A DNA stretch of 64,000 nt from Nemertoderma westbladi (GCA_032718475.1 JAUCBJ010006962.1:62001-126000), one strand, 5' to 3'. Shown: positions 33,079 through 46,295, counted from the stretch's first letter. The notes: generated by a model from the letters alone, not told the origin. Numbers and translations: made by a program.

Positions 33079-33812
33079 ACTACTACTATAATCGGCCTGC
33101 TGCATTGAAACTGCACATTGAGATGCTATGCCAGCATAACAAAAACATATTCTCAACATCATGCAATCCACAATTGACAAGCCCAATTGAGCGTGCATTA
33201 AGAATGCTATGCCAATCAAAGTTGCACCGCCATTTATTTAAGGAGATTATTCACATTATTCTAAGGCCAGAGTCCTTTAGGAGGCGTTTCACGAAATTCA
33301 CGGGCTGCCACCATGCTTATTCACTCAATGAGGACGCCAAAGCGCAAGATTATGCACTGGCTGGTTCTGACGGCAAAAGCAATGTCCTGCAAAGCGGGGG
33401 CGGTTCTGTTCAAGTGTCAAGCTAGGGGAGACTAATGAAACACCTCCAAGGTTGTATAGACTGATACAGGCTACGGTTGGAGATGTGTTCATTGTACTTG
33501 ACACAATGAGCCCAACACAGCATTCTTGAGAATGTGCCATCCAGAGATTTGGTGTCCTCAGCAGCAGTTAGAGCCCAGCATGGACTCCCGTACAGGATAA
33601 GAGTACTGGTACTACTACAGCCATAATAAATAATCGAACCTTAAGTTTCCGGGTTATTCTATTGGACTTCCAAATCATGTACAGACTATTTTACGCCGCC
33701 AATGCCTTCCCCTTACATATCGGAAGGTCTGAATTTCGAATCCATAATCCCAAATACCAGAAGTCATCCACGTGCTCAAGCAAGCCGTCCCTAGAGCTTA
33801 AATGCCCCTTTC
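33079..33812 (-). mobile_element. RTE LINE 3' fragment (same family as the host LINE)
   Basis: LGGVSLVSPSLTLEQNRPRFAGHCFCRQNQPVHNLALWRPH matches 21760-21845 plus 23100-23150; (TAG)n tail. Confidence 0.85.
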
Positions 33813-34143
33813 AAACAATGACCATAAAATGACCCAAACCACCCGATTAATAGCCAACTGCAAATGAGGTGTAAAAATCACGAAAAAAAAACACCATAAT
33901 TATTCGAGGAATCGGAACAAAAGTGCGTGGTGGCATGAACAGAACATCGAAAATGAGCGGTAACATGAACAGAACACAACATCGAAAGTGCGCGGTAACA
34001 CACAACACCGAAATACCGGTACTGTACGTGGTGATGTAAACATGAGTGGGCCTTTCGTGGAGCTGCGAACCAATAAAACCACAATAATATAAATTATTAC
34101 AGTACTGTATGATACACCATACAAAAATATTTAGGCCTATCTA

Positions 34144-34923
34144 GGGTATTAGTACGTTTGAACGACACTAGCCGATCAAGCCTGAAATCTGATAGAAACT
34201 GATAAAATTGGTGCCGGTACCGGTACAGCAGTATTGTTCTCCATCTTCATCACAATGCGGATATTGTTTTATACTAATGGGCCTATTACTTTTATTGTTT
34301 ATTGTGTTATTTATATTGTTACTTTTATTAAATATGTGTTGTATTGTATTTATACAAGAGCAATAGGCCTACTATTACTGTAATGGGCCTACTCTGTCTC
34401 TGGCATGGCTTAATTTAATTTCCTCGAGGTCGGTAAACTGATCGAGACTGGAGGAGTGTGTTATTGAATTTGCGCTATTGGGGAGCTTCTCTCCCGTACT
34501 CTACAACCAAATGGGCAACCAACCCAACCCTACGCAACCAACCCAACCCTTTGTCCCTTTCCAGGTTGTGCTGCACAATCCAAAGTTGTGCTTGTAATCT
34601 CCTTGCTTATTTCAAGCATTATTACCGGTAGTACTGAATGTCCACTCATGTCCAACTACTGTACGATATGATCTAATCAACCCAAACGGCTCTTTTCAGG
34701 GCCGCCATATCAGCATATGAATATACAATTATGTCGCAACAACGCTTGCAATCCAATAAGCCTATAGATTATGTTAAAATAATAAATTCCCCTCCAAGAA
34801 CTTAATAAATAATACCCGCGCAATCCTCAAGATTGCTCACAATACTGCTATACCGGTACCGGTACCATGATTTATCTGATTTCAGGCTTGTTCGGCTAGT
34901 GTCGTTCAAACGTACTAATACCC
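34144..34923. mobile_element. MITE with ~50-bp TIRs
   Basis: GGGTATTAGTACGTTTGAACGACACTAGCCGATCAAGCCTGAAATC is inverted at ~34878-34923, with a flanking duplication CTATCTA. Confidence 0.8.
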
Positions 34924-35939
34924 CTATCTAGCTAGCTTTCAGCTTACTGTATACAGGTATACCGGTAGGCCTAATTTAAAAAAATAAAATGTTATTTTAT
35001 AGACTTAGGCCTACTGGCAGACTCGTTATTATTCTAGAAATCAAACTTATGATAAATGAAACTATAGGCCTACTACCAACTACCGTTATTTACGAATCTA
35101 CCTACTGTCAGACCGTACAGGCAGACTATACGAGAAACACTACGGTACCATACTACCGGTACCTAATGCAGTAATGCATATCTGCACGTCGAAAGGGGAA
35201 TGGTATGGAGTTAGAAAAAGTTTCACTTTATCGACTCCCGGTACCGATATCATACTAAAACTACAGTAAATGCCGGATGGGATGGGTATTGCCTACAATA
35301 GTGAATTCCTTGCTTGTGTGCCTGACTGCCTGAATGTGTTGCAACAGAGTCTGTATTCAGAAAATGTTTCACTTTAGGGCCTACCGACTTTCATACTGCT
35401 ACATGTACGAGTCTGCATGTGTAGAACTATAGCAGCCAAGTCTGTCTTCAGGAAATGTTTCACTTTCACATTTGCAACCTACAGTATTGCGACCAAGGAC
35501 AGACTTGTCAGATATGTGCTAGAATATATCCTGTGTCTTTGTGGGGTCGGTAATCGCCACTAATCGGTATGCAGTTCTAGTTCCAGTTCTTCCCGCTAAA
35601 GGGCGAAATGTATGAAAGTGAAAACATTCTCCCATTTCCGTCATTTTTAATTAGAATTAAAATTAATTTGAATCTTGGCATTGTTTGTACTATTGTATAT
35701 ACTAAAGCTTATCTTATTTCGTTTTGTTATAATCGTAATCAATATATAAATTTATATCGCGCCCTTTACTTAGTGGTCAAAGGCGCACGTTACACATAAT
35801 CTTAAAATTAATAAAAACTAATCACTGTACGAACTGAATTAAATGAGTTTAAAACATAATTAAAAACACAACTGAAGACATGAGTTCACTTGAGAAACGT
35901 GAGATTATAATTCATGTTAAAAAAATGTAATTATAATCA

Positions 35940-36355
35940 TTGGAATTCCATTTTGAATAAATGAGTCTTTAATAGTTTTTTAAATATTTCTATCGAGGGA
36001 GATCGGCGAATGTTGATGGGAAGTGACTTCCAAATTGTAGGTGCAGCTACCGCGAAAGAACGTTTACCATAGCTTGCAAGATTGAATTTAGGAACGCTAA
36101 GAAAAGTCAGTTCAGCGGAACGTAGTTCGCGTTAGGCCGATGATGTGAATACATTTATAGGTCATTAGCGCAATCTTGAAATCGATCCGGCATAGAATAG
36201 GTAGCCAATGTAGCTCTTTCAACACCGGTGTAATGTGGTCTCTTTTGCGTGTTCCTGTTAGCAGGCGTGCGGCAGAATTCTGGACATACTGCAACTTTTT
36301 AACTACCTTCCAAGGAAGACCATAATATAACGCTTTGTTGTAATCTAGTTTGCTT
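35940..36355 (-). mobile_element. L2/CR1-group LINE 3' fragment
   Basis: LQYVQNSAARLLTGTRKRDHITPVLKELHWLPILCRIDFKIALMTYKC; RSFAVAAPTIWKSLP. Confidence 0.85.
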
Positions 36356-36681
36356 GCTGGCTATATGGCTAGCTATGGCTAGCTATGGCTACAATAGAAC
36401 CTGTAATGATAATAAAAAAGCAGGCGCTTTGATAAGGTCGTAAGACCCCTAAAGGCGCCTGCTATAACAAATATAAGTACAATTATTATTATAATTATGT
36501 AATTAATTTATTAACAATGCAACATATTCGCAACGTTTATATTAAAACAAATTATTGTTTAAAATATAATAAATTTTATAAATTGAGACACTGTTAGAGG
36601 AGTGGGTCAATTTTTGCAGAGATGTTGTCGGGGTTATTCGGGTTTAGAGCTGTCGGTTTGACAATTTGTAGTCATCTAATA

Positions 36682-37374
36682 CAGTACAGGCCACCAGAAA
36701 ACGCAGATTTGTACAATTGTGAACACATTTTATCAAATGTGTACCAGTGTAATGTAATGTTGTTGAACGGGACAATTGAACATAATTGAACATAATTAAA
36801 TTGGCAACAACCAAAATTTTTTCGCCAAAGGATACAATTGAATACTTTTGAAACGCTTAGTAATCTGGAAATTCTCTGTAGTTTGCCGCGAACTGTCACT
36901 TACTGCAGCTGGAAATGCGATAAGGATTTTGTTTACCTTTATAGTTTGCGGTTAATAGTGTCTAGTAGGCAGGCCTATAGTTCGTGATGTTAAGGCATCT
37001 TCTGGTGTTTCTCTGTGCCATCTCGGTGTCAGACTAATGGCGCGACATCTCCCTCCACTAAATTAATTATTCAATGGTCTAGGCTCCTCCATCCATATAC
37101 CCATCCACTCCCATACAGTCCATGAACCTCCATGTGGTCTTGTATGTAGTTCTCTCTCTGTCCGCAATGTTACGCCCTGGGGGCTCTCTCATCTACCTGA
37201 TATCAGACATACAGGCGCACCGCACACTAAGCCTTTGTCGGTCCCAGCAAGTTAGCCTCCTGCTGTGTGATCTAGAAGATAACTCGCCATAACCTGCCAA
37301 TCAGATGACTTGAACAAATGTGTTCACATGTGATCACATTGGATGAAATCTGCTTTTTCTGGTGGCCTGTACTG
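36682..37374. mobile_element. Tc1/mariner-type MITE
   Basis: TIR CAGTACAGGCCACCAGAAAA, flanked by TA on both sides. Confidence 0.85.
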
Positions 37375-38599
37375 TACGTCCAACAGATGAGATTTTTGTG
37401 AGACTATCATTCGCCATCAGTTAAATAGTATACCGCTAGAGGGCTACATTTTAAGCAATAAATATCCTCCAATTAAATATATAAATAAATGTCCTTGCAT
37501 TTAATCCGTTCAAGCTGAAATCTTTCAGATATTTACTAGAACACAACATGTCTCTTTGTGGGGTCGGTAATCAGTCTGTAGTTCTCCAACCTTCCTTTCT
37601 TGGACTTAACCTTCCCCATTTCCTTGATATTAATAACGAACCTGTCTTTAGACTGGGTAGTTCTTGTCAAGAGTTGAGCCGTTCAAAAACACGATGTGTG
37701 TGTGTATAACCTGTGATTATGATTTGTTTGCCTAGGCGAATGTGTATTACATTAGATGGGAGGCAGTTTTTTGGTTGATGTAAGTCATTCTTGGTTTGCA
37801 TCTTCCAATCCCATCTGTTTCTTGGAGTCCGTGTAAGACAGGTTCGTTTAAAGCCATCTTGATGGCGTTCTAGTTAGTTAACGCTGAATCTTTTAATTAT
37901 GTACAATACCACATGCTGCAACTATGTGAGGAAGGTGATCTGTATGCAGTTCTCCTGTCTGACGCTAGAAGGGAAATGTCTGAAAGTGAAAACTTTCCAC
38001 CGTTTACTTGATTTTTACAATTTAATTTGAAACTTGGTATATGTACTAGAACTCTGGCTTCGTATTCGTTTTTGGCTCCATTTTTTACAGATCATTTATA
38101 AGACAGGCGGCTTCTTAGAATGCGGTAATGAATTATAGAGGAATGAACATTATTAGACGTTCAATGACTTTTATTAGTATATTAGCCAGCGAGCCAATTA
38201 AGGCAATTGTTGGATTGCAGAGAAACAGTTACACTGCACTGGTAGGACGTTAATACAATAATTGGATAATTTAATTATGTTACATATACGCACGATGATG
38301 TATGACCCTTGACCCCGGCATGTCCTAGCTACACATTAAACATTTTCAGTACGAGATATAAGAAACAACAAATTGCAGGTAATTAATAGCATGTACAGCA
38401 TGTACTATTTTAAATAAATTTTAAATGTTATATAATAAAATCTGACCAGGTTAGGGATTTCTCATCTTAGTAGCTTTGTAAATTCCTAAATTAACCAGCA
38501 CAGAGCTGTTAGATTCGCTAAGCAAATCATAATATTTATAAAGTGAAGGATGGCGATGATAGTGGAGTCGGATTGATTCATCCAATGCAATTGGATGAT

Positions 38600-39240
38600 G
38601 GATGATGATGGATAAATGCAATTAGTCCTCAATTTGAGAATCGTTGCATTGGGTACACAACCTGTCTTCCTTGGCAATATTGGTCCATCTGCCTGTTTCA
38701 ATATGGAGGTTATGGGAACCACATCTGAAGCGCGACATGGCCCTACGTAGATAGGATGGTCACACAAGCCACATACTGTAGGTATGATTCAGACACAAAC
38801 CAATCCTTAACAAAAAGAAAGCCCTTGGGAGATGCCGCCATATCAGCGTCAGCAGAATTATATAATTGAAAATTTTCTTCTGAATTCCAAGGGGAAAACA
38901 TCAACTTCCCCGAATACTTTTAAGTTTGGAGTCTTATTGTAGAACGATTATTCAATATTCTATTCAAGAATTTAGGGTGCAATTTCTCGACATCTTGACA
39001 CGCATGGAAGCCCCAAACCTGGCAACCATATTCTAGAATCGGCCTTATAAGAATGTTGTAAATGGATATCATTGTTTATTTAGACGGAAACGGGAAATAG
39101 TTGAAGAATCCCAATAGTGTAAAATATGCTTTGCTAGCCTTATCAGCTAGCGCACTCTGGACTGTATAGAAGGAGCCTGAAGAAGAAAGGTTTACACCTA
39201 GGTAGATATAATTGCTTACAAACTCCAGAACGTTGCCCTT
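38600..39240 (-). mobile_element. LINE ORF2 3' fragment
   Basis: YIYLGVNLSSSGSF...KASKAYF, IRPILEYGCQVWG, RFRCGSHNLHIETGRWTNIAKEDRLCTQCN. Confidence 0.75.
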
Positions 39241-39927
39241 AAAATTCAATTAATAAGGTAGTTCCGTGCCCAGGTCACCGGGGTAATCATAATATTGTTG
39301 GGGGGAGTTTCATATTTTACAGGTGACACAAAATTAAAGTTATACCAAATATTTCGGCCTACAGGCCTTTATCAATGGATTTATACTGTAGGTATTATTA
39401 TATAACACGTAAAACACACCAACGTACCGACAGGAAGGAATACCGGTAAGTCCTGACTAAAGATTAAGGCACCGAAAATACGTACAGTAGATAACTAATT
39501 AAATAAATAATGTCGGGGGGGGGGGGGGGGGGGTGGTATCTGGGTAACATGAAAATATAAAAATATAGCACCACATTATAGAGTGTACCTGTACAGTTTG
39601 CAAATATGAAACAATTGTTTAACGGGTGAAAGTGCCTTGTAAAGAAGGCATATATTTCAAAGGGTGAGGGTATATAGACCCAGCATAGAAATGGCAAATT
39701 TCTATGGCCCCACCCAAGCAAAAACATATAAATTCAAACTGGTGCATATAAAAAAAAAAAAAAATTAACCAAGATCAATACAAATTTGTAAATACAGTAC
39801 CGTTATATAAACTCATGCTATATACAGTATATCTAACTCGAATAAAATTGTATGTTATAATTAATTATTAATATTAAGTTTCGTACCATTCAAATTGAAG
39901 GAAAATAAATTTGCTACACGAACTATA

Positions 39928-40917
39928 TTAGTGACGAATATATTTCAAGAAGGCATTAGAGGACCATCGACCCTTTTCTCTAATCTGAATATCAGATAAT
40001 CCTTCCCGGGCCGCTTCTGTGGCAGCGCCGATTCTAAAACTGTGAGACTTATAAAGCTTTGTAGATAAATTTAGAAAACCAAGGACTTTGGTTAACATTG
40101 ACAAAAACTCGTTCCTATAAACAATGTCACCTGACCGCCATATAAATAACGGCCCCTCTTTGTCTGGACGTTTTTCAAGATAATCCTGAATAATACCGAT
40201 TGGGTTATGCTCAGGGTTGTTTGTTATTTCTAATTTAGCTGGTACATAAGGGTGTTTTTGATGTTTGTACTTTCTAATAGTAATAATAAGTCTAGGTCCG
40301 TCGTATTGTAGATCTGTTCTATTTATAACCACTTCGTCAGTACCCTTTTTTGGTGCGAATTCACCTACTCGTAAAAAACCATAAAAAGCTAATATAAATA
40401 CAGATCTAAGTAACGAGTTAGTATAAGGATCAGGATAAACAGAACTGCACACATGCAACATTCGTGATAAAATTGGTTTTGTGATAGGAAGTCTCGAATC
40501 TACCGATATATTGGATTTTCCTAAACCATTCAAAGCTCTAGAAATAAGAAAAGATTTGGTAGGGTCTGTCATATTAAGTAATCGATGAGGCATGGCTATA
40601 GCCGACATATAATTTAAAATTGTAGCCCTACTAAGGTTGATCGAGTCCAAATATGCAATAAAACACCCTAGCATTGTTACATCTAAAGGCAGTGTGAGTT
40701 GTGTATTCATTGTTTGCGATAGAAACGATCGCAGCTTGGTCCATATGTTTGCATATGAAATCAAAGTAGTCTCCTCCCACGCCGCGTCAATGAGTTGTGT
40801 GTATCGAAGAAGTAATCGTTGGGCAGTAGATCCCGAGGGATTAGCGTTGGTTCCTTGTTGGCGTTCGGGGAAATTGCCATAAATGATTCTACCTGTAGAC
40901 GTGAAAGAAGATCGCAT
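39928..40917 (-). CDS. Tyrosine recombinase
   Basis: FYGFLRVGEF, KSHSFRIGAAT, GRWSSNAFLKYIR (R-H-R-Y catalytic set). Confidence 0.93.
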   Translation of the reverse strand: MRSSFTSTGRIIYGNFPERQQGTNANPSGSTAQRLLLRYTQLIDAAWEETTLISYANIWTKLRSFLSQTMNTQLTLPLDVTMLGCFIAYLDSINLSRATILNYMSAIAMPHRLLNMTDPTKSFLISRALNGLGKSNISVDSRLPITKPILSRMLHVCSSVYPDPYTNSLLRSVFILAFYGFLRVGEFAPKKGTDEVVINRTDLQYDGPRLIITIRKYKHQKHPYVPAKLEITNNPEHNPIGIIQDYLEKRPDKEGPLFIWRSGDIVYRNEFLSMLTKVLGFLNLSTKLYKSHSFRIGAATEAAREGLSDIQIREKGRWSSNAFLKYIRH

Positions 40918-42539
40918 TTAGAGTTAAGCTTTCCGGGTATATGGTTGGCTCGGAATAAAAGGTTATGATGCATTGATGCTATTACAATTTTGCGCACCAA
41001 TATCATAATATAGTGGTCCTTGGAGGATTTGTTATTTAAAATTGATACCAGTCCTTCATTATCTGTACGGAAAATGACCCTTTTTCCTATCAGCAGCGGG
41101 CCCCAAATCTCGAGCATCAACATAATTGGGTACAATTCAAGAAGAGAAATATTGCTGCACTCCTTCCAACGATCAGGCCATTCACCATAAAACCATTGTG
41201 ACCCGAAAATAGCCCCGTAACCCTTAGTTTGTGCAGCATCTGAAAAGAGTTCAATTGTATCATTGGATGTCCAGAAGTCATCAATAAACATTGTACAACC
41301 GTTATAGTGTTTCAAGAACATTTCCCAGGCATTGAGATCGGCTCTCGCCCACTTCTTTAGTCGGACTCGATGGTGTAAACGAGTAACAGTGGTAGACAGA
41401 TAAATCAGCCTCCGTAAAAAGGCTCGGCCCGGAATAATCACTTGACAGGCAAAGTTTAATAATCCTATCGCTGACAACAGATCACGTTTTGTGACCCACC
41501 GTTTAGATTTAATGTTATTAATGACCGAAAACGATTTTTGTAACTTCTCAATAGGAAGTCTGGCGACTTGATTCATTGAATCTAGCTCGATACCCAAAAA
41601 GGTAATTACCTGAAATGGACCAATAGTTTTTTCGGCAGATAACGGAATACCTACATCATGGCACATTTTTTGAAATGCCTGCAGTTGTCCTAAACACGTG
41701 TTTCGATCATTGGCAGCCATGAAAAAATCATCCAAAATGTGGACTAAGTTTGGAATTAATAATTTATTTTTTCCTATCCATTGCATGGCTGTAGATAACT
41801 TCTCGAAAATTGAGCAGCTGGAACTGGCCCCCATTTCCAAACATTTATCATAATAATATTTACCTTTCCATTCTGAACACATTAAATAATAATCTAAAGG
41901 TGAAATTGGTATTAACCGAAATGCTGATGCAATGTCCGTTTTGGCCATAAAGCAACCGCGTTCTAATTTACGTATAATAGCAATTGCATCTTCAACTTTA
42001 TAATAAGTCACTGATGCATTGTCCCGTGGTATGTTATAATTTACTGACAGTTCATTGTAGGGGGCTGACAGATCATGTATCATTCGATACTGATTTGGAT
42101 CTTTCTTCGGTCGCACACCTATAGGGTTTATATGATACACTTTGAATGGAGGCTCATTGAATGGCCCAGCCATTCGCCCTGCTTCGATTTCTTTTGTCAG
42201 TTTCTGATCCACTACCATTGCATGAGTCTTAGCGGATAGTGAGTTGGAAGATATGGTTGTAACTATTGGACCTTGGTAATGTAATCTAAAACCATGCAAA
42301 AAACCATTTCGTAGATAATCTATTAACTCCTTTGTATATCCTTCAAGCCATATCCTTAGTTTGTCCCATTTAATTGGCGTAGGAAGATATAAGTGGCTGT
42401 CTTGATGATCCGTTATTACCGAATTCACGACTTCCGGGCACAGCCCCAGGTCGACGGTTACCACCTCGGTTGACCCCGGATCCGCTTCCAGCTGTGTGAT
42501 TGCTGCCTCGGCCACGCAAGTAATATCTCCGGTTTCCAC
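40761..42539 (-). CDS. DIRS/Ngaro reverse transcriptase-RNase H
   Basis: YRMIHDLS, KTDIASAFRLIP, LEMGASSS, HILDDFF, ITFLGIELDS; RH motifs FSDAA, LLELYPI, RTDN, CDLLSR. True start uncertain. Confidence 0.93.
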   Translation of the reverse strand: METGDITCVAEAAITQLEADPGSTEVVTVDLGLCPEVVNSVITDHQDSHLYLPTPIKWDKLRIWLEGYTKELIDYLRNGFLHGFRLHYQGPIVTTISSNSLSAKTHAMVVDQKLTKEIEAGRMAGPFNEPPFKVYHINPIGVRPKKDPNQYRMIHDLSAPYNELSVNYNIPRDNASVTYYKVEDAIAIIRKLERGCFMAKTDIASAFRLIPISPLDYYLMCSEWKGKYYYDKCLEMGASSSCSIFEKLSTAMQWIGKNKLLIPNLVHILDDFFMAANDRNTCLGQLQAFQKMCHDVGIPLSAEKTIGPFQVITFLGIELDSMNQVARLPIEKLQKSFSVINNIKSKRWVTKRDLLSAIGLLNFACQVIIPGRAFLRRLIYLSTTVTRLHHRVRLKKWARADLNAWEMFLKHYNGCTMFIDDFWTSNDTIELFSDAAQTKGYGAIFGSQWFYGEWPDRWKECSNISLLELYPIMLMLEIWGPLLIGKRVIFRTDNEGLVSILNNKSSKDHYIMILVRKIVIASMHHNLLFRANHIPGKLNSKCDLLSRLQVESFMAISPNANKEPTLIPRDLLPNDYFFDTHNSLTRRGRRLL

Positions 42540-43827
42540 CCCTTCTTGGGAAGGTACTACGATGGCCTCTTGAGTGGAAACCGGCTCTTGGAAAGGGCTG
42601 GAGATAATTACCGGTATCGTTAGCCAAAGGGTGAGGACATTTCATCAGACGATGGGATGAACCGCAATTAGGACATTCATGTCTGTAATCGCAATGAATG
42701 CATCTACCACCCTTATGGAAAATATGGCAATAACCAAATGGTACTACAAGCGCCCCCACTTTCCTATTGGTAGCCATGAGGCTTATTTCTTGAATAGCTA
42801 CACCCCACGAATAGCTTGACGGTTCATTCTGACGACATTGTCGGAAACGTTCGTCGTAGAGGAGCCATGCCCCACCATTGTCCTTGACATCCTTCACGAT
42901 GGTTACGTATTTTCTTAGATGTTTTGTCTCAGCTGGGAACTTCTGTTCATAAATTGCCGAGAACAAATTCCATGCCACTAGCCATCGTTCGAAGGTTGTT
43001 ATGTCATTTACTATATTCTCGGAATCAAAAATCAGAGTAGGCTGATTTCCATGTTCTGTATTATTGGCTGACAACTGTAATGGGATTCGTTTATTTGTTT
43101 TAGGTGCCATGGGATTATTTAGTAATGATGATAAGTCTATATATTTATTCGTCCATATCTTTTCCTTAAGGTCCAACGGTATTAATGCATCAACTGGGAT
43201 AATATGTGAATTACAATTTATCCTATTGTGGCCTGAACCCGATAATGATTCCTGTACATTAATAACTGGCTCACCTGCCAAAGAAGTTGCTTCATTCGAT
43301 GGTTGTGGAATTGATTCTGGCGGCGCTGTTGTAGGGTGGAGAATTGGTTGATATTGAATTGGTGGTGGGTGCATCATAGGAGGCTGTTGATTTACCATTG
43401 GATGCACGCTGTGTCCCATCAGATTAGCTTGAGAAAAGTTGTAAGGCAATGACGGATATCCAGTGGGATAGTACATCGTTGGGTGTTGCTGTTGGTATGG
43501 AAACCCTGGAGTAGATGTTGATATCGGGGTGTATGGGTAAGGATAACTGGTACTCGGGATTCCAAAACTGCCAGGTGAATTATTTGGAACTGAAGTTCCT
43601 ATTGTCTGATTAAGGGAAGTTTGTACGCCGGCGCTTGGACTAATTGTTGTAATTGTTCCAGACACTTGTTCCATTGTTGAACTGCCAACGGCTACTGCAC
43701 GAACTGTTTCAGTAGAAATTGCATTTCTGGAATTTGTAGTCGAACTTGAGGTACGAGTTCGTTTGGGATAAGTACGTGTCTCGGTGGTCCTCAATACCAC
43801 AGATCTAGATCGTTTTTTAGCTGGCAT
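42370..43827 (-). CDS. DIRS/Ngaro Gag-like protein
   Basis: LKEKIWTNKYIDLSSLL, WLLYDERFRQ and the zinc motif CHIFHKGGRCIHCDYRHECPNCGSSHRLMKC. Confidence 0.85.
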   Translation of the reverse strand: MPAKKRSRSVVLRTTETRTYPKRTRTSSSTTNSRNAISTETVRAVAVGSSTMEQVSGTITTISPSAGVQTSLNQTIGTSVPNNSPGSFGIPSTSYPYPYTPISTSTPGFPYQQQHPTMYYPTGYPSLPYNFSQANLMGHSVHPMVNQQPPMMHPPPIQYQPILHPTTAPPESIPQPSNEATSLAGEPVINVQESLSGSGHNRINCNSHIIPVDALIPLDLKEKIWTNKYIDLSSLLNNPMAPKTNKRIPLQLSANNTEHGNQPTLIFDSENIVNDITTFERWLVAWNLFSAIYEQKFPAETKHLRKYVTIVKDVKDNGGAWLLYDERFRQCRQNEPSSYSWGVAIQEISLMATNRKVGALVVPFGYCHIFHKGGRCIHCDYRHECPNCGSSHRLMKCPHPLANDTGNYLQPFPRAGFHSRGHRSTFPRRGGNRRYYLRGRGSNHTAGSGSGVNRGGNRRPGAVPGSREFGNNGSSRQPLISSYAN

Positions 43828-44598
43828 ATTCCTCGCCTAGTCATATATGCAATATGATAAAAGCTCAGTATTCATAAAATTTATTAACTTAAATGTTTAT
43901 TGATTAAATAAAATAATGAAATAAATTTTAATTTAAATTTAATTTAAATTTAATTTTAATTTTAATAGTCCAGTAGTGCCAGGTACACTCACGCACACAC
44001 ACATGACTAGGGCTAGACTTGAGCTAGTTCTTGGCCTAGTCTTATATTATCGTATAATATCTTATACTTGTCGTATAAGGCTCTAGACTCTAAAGCAAAT
44101 TGTTACATTTAGTTATGTGTGAGTGGTGAGAGACGATTGATTATATCAAATTAGACTGAGTAATTATTATAATAATATGTAAATTAGTATTGTATTGTTG
44201 TAGTTAATGTTGTGTTTGGTTGATCTACGATTATTGTTAAAGATTTTGAGTTTATATTATTGAGCTATATAGTACAATAATGAATAATTAATTATTTAAT
44301 TAAATTAATTATTAATTAATGCAATAAAGTAATTTGAGTCAAATATAATAATAATATGTGGCGGTCATGTACTTTATAGTTAATATCGGTCCAACATCCT
44401 GATAATTTCCGAATTTATTTGTGGGAATGTCAACGACCAATGTATAATATCAGCCTAGCCTCTGAACTGTCTGGTTCCATTTATTAGATATAGGGAACAA
44501 ATCGCTAAACCTGTCCGCTAGCATTGACTAACTGATTCACTTCCCAATGCCTTAAAGATATTTATTATTCCTGATATTGCACGGGATAACATGTTTAC

Positions 44599-44771
44599 CA
44601 GGCGAAGTCAGTCAGACCAGGATAAACAACTTTTATTGCTGTATGATTTATGAAGGATAGTCTGGGCTCCCCTGTGTTAAGGCAGTCAGGCGAAGTCAGT
44701 CAGACCAGGATAAACAACTTTTATTGCTGTATGATTTATGAAGGATAGTCTGGGCTCCCCTGTGTTAAGGC
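44599..44771. repeat. 88-bp tandem duplication containing a minus-strand AATAAA
   Basis: CAGGCGAAGTCAGTCAGACCAGG...GTGTTAAGGC starts at 44599 and again at 44687. Confidence 0.85.
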
Positions 44772-45271
44772 TGTGTTGAGACTGGAGTCAGGGGTCAGCA
44801 GGCAGGAGTACACAGTAGTTATACTGTGGATGAATGATATCAGATTTTTTAGTTCAGGCTGAATGAGATTTCACAGACTTTCATTATTAGAATTTAGCTA
44901 TCAATCGTCTATCCTTCGTGGGTGTTCTGGTCCTTGGTCAGCAAAAGTGGGCATAATGTATATGTATAATGTCAGGGAAAGAATGTATAATATATTGCAT
45001 TATTTATATTTGTTGTACTAATTGCGACACCATTAATGTAGATATACGATTGTGGAAAATTTGCAGAAGCTTAATGATTACATAATTTAATGTGTCATGA
45101 CTAAAAATGTATGCAATAATGCAACAACATGATGTGTAATTGAACATTAATTGTACGCATATTACTCGTTTTTAGTAATCAATAATTGTGTTGTAAGCAT
45201 ATATATACGCCGATCATCGTAATGCTTGTAACATAATGTACAATTAATTTCGTGGCACATATAATTAAATG

Positions 45272-46295
45272 TGTGGTAAGCGTATATTCACGCAATAGTG
45301 CTCACAATAGAATGTTTAATTAATTATGCGGCACAGAATGTAAAATAAAATTGTGCGGCAAGCGTATACTCACGCATTAGTGCTCGCAATAGAATGTATA
45401 ATTATTTATGCGGCACAGAATATGAAATTACTTGTGCGGCAAGCGTATACTCACGCAATAGTGCTCACAATAGAATGTTTAATTAATTATGCGGCACAGA
45501 ATGTAAAATAAAATTGTGCGGCAAGCGTATACTCACGCATTAGTGCTCGCAATAGAATGTATAATTATTTATGCGGCACAGAATATGAAATTACTTGTGC
45601 GGCAAGCGTATACTCACGCAATAGTGCTCGCAATAGAATGTATAATTAATTATGCGGCACAGAATATGAAATTACTTGTGCGGCAAGCGTATACTCACGC
45701 AATAGTGCTCGCAATAGAATGTATAATTAATTATGCGGCACAGAATATAAAATTACTTGTGCGGCAAGCGTATACTCACGCAATAGTGCTCGCAATAGAA
45801 TGTTTAATTAATTATGCGGCACAGAATATAATATTACTTGTGCGGCAAGCGTATACTCACGCAATAGTGCTCGCAATAGAATGTATAATTAATTATGCGG
45901 CACAGAATATAAAATTACTTGTGCGGCAAGCGTATACTCACGCAATAGTGCTCGCAATAGAATGTATAATAAATTATGTGGCACAGAATATAATATTACT
46001 TGTGCGGCAAGCGTATACTCACGCAATAGTGCTTGCAATAGAATGTATAATTAATTATGCGGCACAGAATATAAAATTACTTGTGCGGCAAGCGTATACT
46101 CACGCAATAGTGCTCGCAATAGAATGTTTAATTAATTATGCGGCACAGAATATGAAATTAGTTGTGCGGCAAGCGTATACTCACGCGATAGTGCTCGCAA
46201 TAGAATGTATAATAAATTATGTGGCACAGAATATAATATTACTTGTGCGGCAAGCGTATACTCACGCAATAGTGCTCGCAATAGAATGTATAATT
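45272..46295. repeat. 81-bp minisatellite, ~12-13 copies
   Basis: Unit GTGCGGCAAGCGTATACTCACGCAATAGTGCTCGCAATAGAATG...; the ORF track shows a 27-aa repeat. Confidence 0.95.

Larger units (their letters stand above)
39928..43827 (-). mobile_element. DIRS-order (Ngaro-like) tyrosine-recombinase retrotransposon, coding core
   Basis: Three overlapping intact ORFs (gag, RT-RNase H, YR), with no methyltransferase domain after RH. Termini not resolved. Confidence 0.9.

Noticed and set aside
38486-38767. Ngaro accessory (SGNH hydrolase) ORF
   Set aside because: Another frame gives a typical LINE ORF2 C-terminus (HIETGRW...CTQC).
45272-46295. CRISPR array or 273-aa repeat protein
   Set aside because: The units are contiguous with no unique spacers and there are no cas genes. 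The ORF is explained by an 81-bp (3n) unit lacking stops.
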